A stretch of 63,403 nt of DNA from Octopus bimaculoides (lineage: Eukaryota), in contig NC_068984.1 in the NCBI RefSeq assembly GCF_001194135.2, forward strand, positions 62,599,842-62,663,244, in the 5' to 3' direction. Below the pieces are notes generated by a model, which made no database searches, was not told the DNA's origin, and was given only the letters and a program-made list of their open reading frames with translations. The position numbers were made by a program, and so were the translations under genes. Positions 52,135-63,403 of the stretch are shown in pieces (the stretch's first letter is position 1; each line of letters begins with the position of its first letter).

Positions 52135-53349
52135 TTGATACGTACATATTTTTAAAACATGCCTGTATGTATGTATATATATAATTTCGTTATCTTTGAA
52201 TATCCAAGTCAAATACTTTTATCTTAATATATAGCCGTGATTTTCTATCACTTAGCATAATTATAGATTTAGAATTAATCTGGCAATTTCATTTCCCTTC
52301 TTACTTTTGTATACAACTTGTTTATATTTCTAAGTAATATTTTTATTTTAAGCATTTAGTTAAACATTCTCTCATTGAATAAATATGTTGATATAGAAAA
52401 TATTTCATTTTTCTCTTTCGTTAGATCTGGCAAACTATATATGTTATCAAATTTTCTGTCAAAGGTAATTAATGCCGTAAGCACAATTAGGCATAAAATA
52501 AGTTTAACTACTATCCTTCATATGAAATATAATGATTTGAATATTATGATTGAGTCAAATCTAGTTGGTTCCATGTCTCATAATTCATTGTAAGATTGAG
52601 AATCAGAATTGTAGACGTCTACATTAAAAAATATCTAGTGCCTAGATTAAAATCTGTTTTTCTAACCAAGGAATGATTTGGAAAGTTTTTTGAAATTTAA
52701 AGTCAGTTTAATCCATTATTACCGATTTGCTTTCCCGTCGTTATTACAGCGTTTAATATCGTTATTGATGTTTATTTTACTTGTGAAATTTAGCCCTGTC
52801 TAAGCCACGATCAAGTTGGCTTGTGGTTAATAGTGCTCTTTTTTTCAGAAAGGTGACTTTGCTGTCTCAAACATATTTTTAAATGAAGTGAACGGAGTGC
52901 GTTCTGTGAACAGCTGAGGTATTAATAACTGGTATGATAGCCTCGTATTGAGTCCTTTATCTCTCCTTCGCTACTTCTCTTGCTTACTGTAAGAAACGTG
53001 TCTTTCCAGTTGTACTGATCTATTTCCAGTTAAAATAATGTACCGAGAGAGTGACATTATATATAGTTATCATGATCGCAGCACAAAGAATTACAGAAGC
53101 AGAATCTCCAGTACGTAATACGACCAGCTCAAACAGTTGCAAGTTAATGTCAAAACCCGATAGAGTAACTTTCTAATCAATGTTATTCTATGCATGGGCA
53201 TTCCATATATTTTTCCGAGTTTGAATTATTATATCACCCACTGCCTGGTCGTTTTATTGGTAGATTGTGTTTGGATGCTAATTTCTCTGCAATTCCTAAC
53301 AAATTTAGCAACTACACATAGGGCTTCCAATTTGTTCCATCGGTGTTGG

Positions 53350-53383
<34 letters not shown>

Positions 53384-54766
53384 NNNNNNNNNNNNNNNNN
53401 NNNNNNNNNNNNNNNNNNNNNNNNNNNNNNNNNNNNNNNNNNNNNNNNNNNNNNNNNNNNNNNNNNNNNNNNNNNNNNNNNNNNNNNNNNNNNNNNNNNN
53501 NNNNNNNNNNNNNNNNNNNNNNNNNNNNNNNNNNNNNNNNNNNNNNNNNNNNNNNNNNNNNNNNNNNNNNNNNNNNNNNNNNNNNNNNNNNNNNNNNNNN
53601 NNNNNNNNNNNNNNNNNNNNNNNNNNNNNNNNNNNNNNNNNNNNNNNNNNNNNNNNNNNNNNNNNNNNNNNNNGTGTGTGTGTGTGTGTGTGTGTGTGCT
53701 TGCTGCTATTTGTGGGTATGTTTGCGTGTACATTTGTGTGTGTCCAAAAGTGATTGTGCACGTTTATTTGTTGATTTCCAGACATAAGCAAATACATAAA
53801 TGCATAAACATCTGTTATTTACATTTCAGATTTCTTTCTATTCATTCCCAATATTGCTGTATGCTTTTAAGGAGCGTTTTATCACTCAAATTTTCTTTCG
53901 TAAATGGAAAATTATTTTACAAGATTTTTTCCCGTCTGGGGAAATAAAACGCACAAATGTAGCCACTGACAGATCCCAGATGCTGCTGTTTCATCTACAC
54001 CGGTAGTCAGAATTCCTGAAATAGCAAACGAGAAGGGTTTGTCTTCGTACTCAGAAGCCAACATATCGAAGCCTAACCTCCAATATACTGGCGATGATGT
54101 GGAGTAGTTTAAGGCTGGACAACTGTGTCAGTCCGTTGCAGAGAACAAAATATGGTCGAAGGGCGAAAGCAAAACACGCGAAGATGACCTCACTCCTCAG
54201 TCCAAAGAAACATGAGCCACACTAATACGAGATGACAGTATATGAAAGAAAGCTAAGAGTTGATTTACGAAAGAGAAGCAACTACTAGAATAATTAATCG
54301 CAATATAAAGTAGGACGCTGAGGACGTGTACAGATTTTACCATCGCCTTAAAAGAAATAACTCGGGGATATATTTTCATATGCTCGCAGTTTCCTTACAA
54401 TGAGTGACAAGCGAACTGAATCAAGAGTTATTCTGGACCAGCATATTTGGGAACTTCGCATTCGTCTATCAGTGGTATATTCTAAATACTGTTAATACTT
54501 TAACCTTTATAATTATATTTACCTAAATAATTATTGTGTACTTTATTATCGTTTGTTCGGCTAACAAAATGTTTATAAAAAATGTGAACTTCCATTATTT
54601 ACTGAGTAACTTCTCAGGAGTTTACATCTTTTTAATTTAATATAATCTTATTTTGTCAGTTTTTATATGCATATCAAACTTAAGTATATTTTTTATTCTA
54701 TGAAAGTGTACTTAGTGCAAATATGCTACGCTACTGCAGCCGCTGCTGCTGCTGCTGCTGCTACTA

Positions 54767-54807
<41 letters not shown>

Positions 54808-55344
54808 ATTGTAATTACTGATACTAATACTACTACTAATGACAATACTTTCTATTACTTTCCCCAGGAATCATCGTAACGATAGAAGAAAACTTGTGTG
54901 CGGATTTACATAATGGATGGGGAGAAAACGCGAAAGACAGTGAAATGTGGTAAACGAATACACAGTACTACACAAAATATGTGATTTCGTGGATGATGCA
55001 GTTCCCCTCATACAGAAGAATCTCCAACTAGGGCCAATTTAGGAACCTCACAGATCCGGGATTAATCTGACCACTAAAGGCACGAATCCTCTCTCCTGCT
55101 CATCAATATACAGGCTGATACTTAGAGTAGGGCCATTCACTCTAACTGTTCTTGTCACTGGTACATATCTTTTCACAAATTCACAGTGAATTAGCATGTT
55201 CTACTCCATCTACAGTTTCCTTTCCGAGTGGGATTCAGAATGTCGATAGGAGCTTCACCGAAAAGGAAGGAATGATAACAACAGTAATACTAATACTATT
55301 AATAATAATCATAATAGTATTAGTAATTATAATAATAAGCCTTC

Positions 55345-55545
55345 CTGTTAAAGGCACAAGACCGGAAATTTGGGGGAGGGGGGTCGTCGACCCCGTGTAC
55401 TCAACTGGTACTTAATTTATCGACACCAAAAACATGAAAGGTAAAGTCGACCTCGGCGGAATTTGAACTCAGAACAGAGCGACGGGCGAAATACCGCTAA
55501 GCATTTCATCCAGCGTGCTAACAACTCTGCCAGCTCGCCGCGTTT
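55345..55545 (-). mobile_element. SINE family B
   Basis: GTCGACCTCGGCGGAATTTGAACTCAGAAC...CGCTAAGCATTTC...CTGCCAGCTCGCCGC. Confidence 0.9.
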
Positions 55546-55744
55546 TATTTTTCTTTTACGCTTACAGCACATAGGTTTTCCTAAGGTTATAGGTAGCAAC
55601 CTGCTACTCAGGTAAATTCTACCAGGAATAAAACCGAACCTAAGCCAAACCAAAATGACAATCTATATAATAACCTCCTTGTTCGTTTCCCGTTATACAT
55701 TAATAAGTTAGCGAGGTGAACGTGGAGTGTGTGAGAGGTGGAGT

Positions 55745-55764
55745 AAGAGAGAGAGAGAGAGAGG

Positions 55765-55826
<62 letters not shown>

Positions 55827-56072
55827 GGAGTGAAGAATGAAGTGAGGAAGAAGTAGAGAAATGTGGTTAATGTTAATACACTTAGGTCAAATGGTCACTT
55901 GTTCAGCTGATAGACAAAGTCGACGAGAGACAAAAAAGGAGAGAGCTCTTAACAATGTGCGGTGCGGTGTAGAAAAGTTAGCTGAAGAGAAAGGTACAAT
56001 TATATTGAGCGAAAGTAAGAGAGAGAGAGGGGGAGAGAGAGAGGGAGAGAGAGAGAGAGAGAGAGAGAGATA
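55745..56072. repeat. Two (GA)n tracts
   Basis: 55745-55822 and 56018-56072. Confidence 0.9.
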
Positions 56073-56524
56073 GAAAGAGGGACAGATTGCGTTGATAGCG
56101 GTGGTGTGTTGATATCGAAGAGTATTTTTTTTATTGAATTATTTTTTTTAAGCGACCACGGTATACGCATAAGTGCACTTATTTATCGTCTACTCGCTTT
56201 AAAAAAAATGTATTTGTTTATAAGGGTTAATTTAGCTTAGAATCTGAATTCACAAGAAAAACCGTTGCAAGCTGCCCGATAAAGGGTGCGCATATAGAGA
56301 GCGCGGATTTAAGAGGAACAGTGAGAAAATATAACAAAAAGAGGTATAAGACATCACCGACAGGGACATGAGGAAATGAATGTAGATGAACGTCAAGAAT
56401 ATTTCAAGAAAGTTAAACTATGACTGCTATAAAAATGCAAATCATCCTTTCTTTCTTAAACATGTCCTCTTAATTTTTTCCAGTTCGTGGAATTCCACGG
56501 GTCCCGTAAGTAATGATAATGATA

Positions 56525-56740
56525 ATCCTTTCTACGTCAGGCATAAGGCCTGGAATTTGGGAGGAGGGGACCAATCGATTACGTCAACCCCAAGGCTTGA
56601 CTGATATTTATTTCATCGACCCCGAAAGGTTGAAAGAGAAAGTCGGCCTCGGAAGAATTTGAACTCAGAACGTAGCAACAAAGGGAATACAACTAAGCAT
56701 TTCGCCCAGCGTGCTAATGATTCTACCAGCTCGCCATCTT
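56525..56740 (-). mobile_element. SINE family B
   Basis: GGCCTCGGAAGAATTTGAACTCAGAACG...CTACCAGCTCGCC. Confidence 0.85.
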
Positions 56741-56797
56741 AGTAATGATGATAATAATAATGACCAGTAAGCAAGTGTCACCATAGTCTGCTGGGTT

Positions 56798-56859
56798 TTG
56801 CTGGGTATGATGGAAAGTGTCAGCTGTCCACAGCTGACACTTTCCATCATACCCAGCAA
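56798..56859. repeat. Perfect 62-bp palindrome (30-bp arms, CC spacer)
   Basis: TTGCTGGGTATGATGGAAAGTGTCAGCTGT-CC-ACAGCTGACACTTTCCATCATACCCAGCAA. Confidence 0.95.
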
Positions 56860-56924
56860 TATCTGCTGAGAGTTAACATCAAATAATAAGAACGATAACA
56901 ATTTTTTCCATTAAATGCACAAAG

Positions 56925-57105
56925 CTTGAAATTGCGGTGGAGACGATGAGTCAGTTACATGGAACCTAGTTTTTTACTATTTTATTTATCCCGATAGGGT
57001 GAAAGGCAAAGTCGAACCCGGCGTGATTTGAACTCAGAACCGAAAGAATGCCGCTAAGCATTATGTCTGATGCATTAATGTTTCTACAATTTCTCCGCTA
57101 GCAGA
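56925..57105 (-). mobile_element. SINE family B
   Basis: GAAAGGCAAAGTCGAACCCGGCGTGATTTGAACTCAGAAC...CCGCTAAGCATT. Confidence 0.75.
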
Positions 57106-58644
57106 ATAAGAAATAAATTCTAAGGGTGATTGAAAATGTCTTCTGTTCGAAGGACTGTCACAGAGTGAAACAAACTCCTGAAGATGACCGGAAGAAACAA
57201 CAGCCAAGTAATGTTTGACTTTCAAAACGAAGATGAGTACTCCAATTATAATATAAGAATGCATGAAAAGAACCATTTGCCTTTAGTCTAGCATCTTATC
57301 GGATCACTTATCTGTAAAAGTTCAAAACTAAGATGTAAATTATGGTACATGAACCATTAAAGCATAAGGAGTTCGTAAAATATATTTCAAAACTAACACC
57401 AATGTACAACTAAAACAATTCTTTGTAATGTTCAGTGAGCTGGTAAGTTACAAATAAGGCTTATACTTTACATTGGTTAACTTCTCTTTTACATTGATAA
57501 TTATGTACTATTTGATAAAATACCAATCAACCAAGTGAATATATGAAGTATAACGATGAACACAAAACTTCATTTAATGATACAACTGAGACAGATCACA
57601 ATGAAATTAGAAGAGTCAAAATTAACGAGATCATATTTATTACCGATCCTTATTACTAAGCTAATTATTTCCCAGTTCGGTCAATTAAGATGTCACTCTA
57701 GGTGTAGAATTTGACGAGAAAACATAAATCATTCTACGTTTTATTATTCACTACAATTACCGAATATATTATCTAAACTTTAATGCTGAACAACTGTGGT
57801 AGAACATTACATTGAAAATTATATGGCCGAAGAACGAAACAAAATACACGAAGAGGATCCCACTCTTTGGCTCAAATCAGAGATGATCTGTTACAGACGT
57901 ATTAATTGAAACAAAAAAAAATACTCACTCTATGAGAGATATCTAAGAGCCGATTTACAAGCGATAAGAAACTGTTAGGATGATTGATTGTAGTATAATA
58001 TACCGTTAAGAAAGGACGTTCCAAAAACCGATCTCAAAGACTGAAACTGTTAAAGGCATTGTGTCATGTTTATTGTTTTACTACATGTAAATTACTATTT
58101 GCTAGTCAGAAGGAACGAACAGTAATAAGATGCCTCCTTCGAAGCTTTAAGATCAGTGTATTCAAGGCCGTGAATGCATTGAAAATAGAAGACTGCAGGA
58201 GAATATTTCACAGGGAGAGTTGAAGGGGAAAATGTTTCTAGAAAACATGGATTGGAAAATTTATTACTCACCTTATAATTCGAATAAGGTTGGAACAATA
58301 AATAATTGCACCAAGTGGGATGGGTGAAAGAATTATACAAATTGCTACTTTTTATTACCAGAGCTTTGTAAGGGAAATATAAACCATAGTTCGCTGGTAT
58401 TTTAGTGGTATCAGAAAACTAATCCGCAAATAGTTGGGGTTTTCTATGACATTTCTGTACCTAAATGAACTGTCTAAGATATGGCTTTATTAATCTGTAG
58501 AAAACACGCATAAGCCTCTGTAAGGTCAGCAGAAACTCCGTAACTCCGTAACTCCGTACTAAGATAACTTCTGGGTCGGATGCAATATCCTTAATAATGT
58601 GGTGCTAACTACACTGCCAGATCGCTGCCTTCATTTAAGTAACT

Positions 58645-58995
58645 AATATTGGTTTCAAACTTTGGCACATGACCAGCAATTATGGTGAGGGTGTAAGTCC
58701 ATTATATCGAACCCAGTGTTCGACTGACACTTATTTTATCGATCCCAAAAGGATGAAAATAATGTGAACCTCGGCGAAACTTAAGCTCAGAACGTAAAGA
58801 CGGATAAAATGCCGCCGAGATTTGTCCGGCACGCCAGCTTGCCACCTTCGGGCTTACATTTTGAAACAAATATTGGTTTCAAAGATTGTCACATGACCAG
58901 AACCTTCGTGTGGAGGGGATAGGTCAATTACTTCGACTGCCAGTGTTCAACTTCTTTTATCGACCCAAAAAAGATGAAAGCAAAGTCGACCCAAC
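58645..58995 (-). mobile_element. Two tandem SINE family B copies (58645-58850 and partial 58855-58995)
   Basis: Both contain TTTTATCGA.CC.AAAA.GATGAAA and share a TTGGTTTCAAA...CACATGACCAG tail. Confidence 0.75.
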
Positions 58996-60062
58996 AGGTA
59001 TTTGTTCGCAGAATCTGTTTATGTAATATTATAAAGAAATTTTGGTTTCCACTTCTTCATGAACAAAATAAAGCTAACTTTTTCAGTTTCTTGCAACTAC
59101 CTTAGATATCTCTTTCTGAGAAGCTAATGTCTCCTGTATACCCACTATTGTTCAAGTTTTAGATAACTAATGCGAAAGAAAGTATTATCCAACTTTATCA
59201 TTATTTAATCAAGAGTTATACACGATTTAATAGGATCTTGAAACTTTCCACAAAAAGAATTATTTAAGGGAAATGTAGATAAATTGAATTAACTGGCTTA
59301 AACAAAAACCTTAAATATTTGATAATTCAACGCGGATGTAAATTTAACTGTTAAAGCTATATTTTAGCTGAATTCTTATCTCATTTCTGTTTCGTTAAAT
59401 TTAAACACATCTCCACAGTTACCATTATATCGTCTTTTGGCGTTTAAAATCCTAGCCGACAGAAGTTTTGATTGCTACGCTTTGCTTGGATGTGTACGTA
59501 AGTGTGCGAGTGTGTAACGTGTGGTTGTGTGGAGTGGTATGGAGTGGTGTTATTTGTTGTGGTGGTGTGGTGGTGTGGGGTGAAGTGAGTGTAGATGGGG
59601 TGGTGTGGTGTATGTGTGTGTGGGGGGGGGGTGATGAAATGACCTTAGCCTTCTTTGGAGTAGGTGATGAGGGGTATTTTCACTGCATTGTCCCTGTCCT
59701 CTGTCTTGTGGCTTCAAGTGATGAATCCCATATTCATCCTAGTTATNNNNNNNNNNNNNNNNNNNNNNNNNNNNNNNNNNNNNNNNNNNNNNNNNNNNNN
59801 NNNNNNNNNNNNNNNNNNNNNNNNNNNNNNNNNNNNNNNNNNNNNNNNNNNNNNNNNNNNNNNNNNNNNNNNNNNNNNNNNNNNNNNNNNNNNNNNNNNN
59901 NNNNNNNNNNNNNNNNNNNNNNNNNNNNNNNNNNNNNNNNNNNNNNNNNNNNNNNNNNNNNNNNNNNNNNNNNNNNNNNNNNNNNNNNNNNNNNNNNNNN
60001 NNNNNNNNNNNNNNNNNNNNNNNNNNNNNNNNNNNNNNNNNNNNNNNNNNNNNNNNNNNNNN

Positions 60063-60125
<63 letters not shown>

Positions 60126-61829
60126 ATAGGCTCATATCGAATAATGTGAATGTGTACCCAACACCGCATTGGTGGATAAAACTTCTTTATTTATGGCTTA
60201 AGCTACCATTGTATTCATGTTAAGAGAAATACCTTAACAATTACCACGCTTGTGTAAACATTTACCTCCCAATGCAAGAAGAATCGTTGGGAGATATTGA
60301 AAGGTTTGCCTCTGTTTTTAATTGTACTCACAATATCTAGTTTAATGTTCGGTATTATCTAATATAATGATTGACGTTTATTTCCATGTAAAATTTGATC
60401 AAGACGTTCTCTCATCCAATTGTTTTCATCCTTTCTGTAGTATTCAGTATAGAGCAATATGTTATCAAATATTTCCATTTCAAACGATAAAAATTCAGAA
60501 TGTGACCTAAATGAAAATTCAAAAACGTGAGTGAACTCATAGAGGTTCCTTTGATTCATCAGAGACAAAAATCAGTTCATAAATAAGAAAAGAAGAAAAG
60601 AAGTACGATGTAAAGTTAAAACTAGAAAGAAAAAAAAAAAGAATCCTATTTCAGAAAATAATTTGGATTTGCGGTTGGAAATGTTTAGATATGATTTGAT
60701 ATATTTCGAATCATTCAAAACTAATAAATAATACCTGTATCATCCGAAAACGAAAATAACATAATAAATCTGACAACCTTATTAAAGGTTTCATCATTGG
60801 GAATAAATGACAAATTGGTTGAAAGTAGGCTTACTTAATTTTACAAAGTGAATTGATGGTTCCTGGCAATCCCTGTCATTTCACTACTTACAAAGAAGAT
60901 ATAATTAACGTTAATTGTCAACGTGTAGTATAGAACAGATATAAAATGTATTTAATAATGTATTTAATACGATGAATCAAATCTCACCGTCTCATAGCAC
61001 ACAAACGTAGATATATACAGATATAAACACATATATGTATCTAGGAATTTACACGTATATATTTCATTCAATGCTGACACATATGACATCGGTTTATATA
61101 TATATATCTACATACATGCACGCACACGCACACATAAACGCATGCACACACATATAGATAGATGGATATTATATCTATATTATATCTATATTATATCTAT
61201 TTATATACTTCTATGCTTGTGTGTATAAATGAATTTACAATAGCAAAGAAGGAACTTTAAGGACATACCTCCGTAAAAATGACATTCAAGTGCATTTTAA
61301 AGCAGCTATAACAAAGTGTCTATAACAGCCTCACGTCTACATAAGAATTATGGAGAAAACAGTGAAAGACCTTCTGATGGAATGTGTCTCTAATTCAGGA
61401 GTAACCATCGTCAAAATTTATAATGGCGATTTCATTCCTGAATTACGTTAAGGATAAAAGTGTTTGCGGAGTACTCAGACATCTCTCATTTTGTTTGTAT
61501 GATTAGATCAACCAGTTGATCAAAGCACAAGACGCTCCAACTTCGAAAGCGACAAGAGTCCTTCGTGTATAGATAAATATCACCCCAAATTTATTTATTT
61601 ATCTATCTATTTGTCTGTCTGTCACTCTCCCACTCTCTTTCTCACTCTTTGTATACACACACACACACACACAGACACACACACACATACACATATATAT
61701 ATAGATATATATAAGACGTTCCAATTTTATTAACTTCCTTAACTTTACAAATAGATGCATAACATTTTGATATAATATAACGGACGTAATGCAAATTAAT
61801 ATGCACAAATCAAATGGAANNNNNNNNNN

Positions 61830-62536
61830 GGGGTTAGTAGCCCCCGCTCTTAACCACTACGCCACAACACCACAACATCGCATATGAAAAATGACATCAC
61901 TTAAATGGCAGCCTTCTACGGCCTCGCACGCCTGCCCGCCCTCTCTTCAAAACTTGCACCAAAACACCGTCAAGATTTTCAGTCTCTACTTCTCTGATTT
62001 CTCTCTTGATGTTCCCCTTCAGTTACACCACTGTCTCCGGTTTGTTGACGTAAGCTCTTTCATTCAGGTATCCATGATTGAGACATTTTACGCCAGGCTA
62101 TTCAACGTTGGCCTCACACATGGTTCCATCAGGATGAGACAACTGCTCATGCAAGAGAAACAACGCAGTTGCTAGGGGAGTGCTTTGGAGAGAGAATAAT
62201 CTCACGCTATGGCAATGTCAACTGGCCTTCACTTTCACTAGACTTGACTAGCTTGGATATTTTCTTGTGAGGACACCCGAATTAAAGGGTTTACGTCAAA
62301 AAATCGGAAACCCTGGTGCAACTTCAGAACATCAATAAAGTAATCAGAGGTGTGGGGTCTGAAAATGTTGAGGGTGTTATGGTGCAAGTTTTGGAAAGAG
62401 CACGGGTGTGCGAAGCTGAAAATGGCTGCCATTTAAGCGATGTTATTTTTCATATGTGATGTTGTGGTGTTGTGGCGTAGTGGTTAAGAGCGGGGGCTAC
62501 TAACCCCAAGATTTCAAGTTTGATTTCTGGCAGTGA

Positions 62537-62545
<9 letters not shown>
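61830..62545. mobile_element. Foldback rosa-like (DD41D-type) element capped on both sides by an outward-facing tRNA-like SINE head
   Basis: Plus 62110-62457: WFHQDETTAHARET...NWPSLSLDLTSLDIFL*G...GCHLSDVIFHM*; inverted copy of its 3' end at 61885-62075; outer 84 bp of the arms differ at 3 positions. Confidence 0.8.

Positions 62546-62580
<35 letters not shown>
62473..62580 (+). mobile_element. tRNA(Arg)-like SINE head (family D) plus (AAT)n; not a functional tRNA
   Basis: TGGCGTAGTGGTTAAGAGCG A-box, GGGG-CTACTAA-CCCC anticodon-like stem, degenerate B-box, no acceptor-stem closure. Confidence 0.7.
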
Positions 62581-62789
62581 GAGTCAAAATTAAAAGAAGA
62601 GTGGCATTTGTTATCTAGTGAACGATATTTCGACATATCGTGTGTCTTCAACTGGTTCAAAAAATAAATTTGTCAATCTACTTCATTTTGGTTAATATAG
62701 AAAGGATTGAGGTAACTCCTCCTGAAGATATAGAGTCAAAATTAAAAGAAGAGTGCCATTTGTTATCTAGTGAAATATCGTTCACTAGA

Positions 62790-63295
62790 TAATAATAATA
62801 ATAATAATAAATGCCCTGATGTAGTAGAAGACAGTCGTTCTCATGGTTTCTGATCGTAATTGATTGGAAGTGTTATCATGTACATTGTTTTGTCTTGGTA
62901 TAAAAAAATGGGCTACAGCAAATTTTCTGCTCAATACCACAGATTTGCTTGTCAGTTGCTTGATCTTAACCAATTGAGCATGTCTCTTAGTGGCTGACAG
63001 TATGTGCATCTCTAATTACGAGCAGAAGTAGTGGGGGAGCATTATTGTCATGTGTTGAGAGGAATTATTTGGGGTTTAGATAATTCACCTTTGGAAATAC
63101 TAGTGTTTCGTTCAACATCCTCAAACAAACTTAATTCAAGGAACTTTTGAGCGGAATGAGTCGCTCAACCTGAAGTAAATTCTAACTGGGCCCCACCTGC
63201 AAGGTTATGCACTGTTTATCTTGGTATGAGACCACTATGTTGCGCACATATGGTTGTGATGCATGTTCCTGGTGTACCTTTAAATTGCTTATTCT
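62790..63295 (-). mobile_element. Unclassified retroposon 3' portion with (TTA)n tail
   Basis: Minus strand ends ...CATCAGGGCATTT(ATT)n; no convincing ORF; resembles an abundant octopus repeat from memory. Confidence 0.5.
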
Positions 63296-63360
63296 TTAAC
63301 ATTCAATGCGGCTAGCCACAATTAGATTATGCTAGAGTAGATCAACTATACCTATCTTCT

Positions 63361-63403
<43 letters not shown>

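Noticed and set aside
59500-59640. G-quadruplex-like GT-rich tract
   Set aside because: Mostly GG doublets in degenerate simple sequence near a gap; no specific support.
62473-62540. Functional tRNA gene
   Set aside because: Degenerate B-box/T-arm, no acceptor stem, and followed directly by (AAT)n; it is a SINE head.

Overview
AT-rich eukaryotic nuclear DNA with nine N gaps and very dense micro/minisatellites. The SINE families resemble those I recall from Octopus (coleoid cephalopod); that assignment is pattern recognition, not a database hit. No host gene is recognisable, and most ORF-track entries are microsatellite or gap artefacts. The window is mostly transposon fossils: four tRNA-derived SINE families (~20 copies), three Tx1/L1 pieces, two CR1/L2-group 3' ends, an RTE fragment, R4/Dong-like fragments, a Penelope-like element (PLE, RT + GIY-YIG), a DD37D maT transposon, two rosa-like long-TIR elements and several foldbacks. 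The most interesting signal is a set of minimal type-I hammerhead ribozyme motifs from several unrelated sequence families. One is a 332-bp palindromic insert carrying two divergently oriented hammerheads between CATGA target-site duplications inside the maT transposase. Other highlights: a Tx1 inserted into the tRNA head of a SINE, a foldback whose arms show an identity gradient, a perfect 62-bp hairpin and a possible two-exon gene 3' end at ~18 kb. All identities and many boundaries were estimated by eye.
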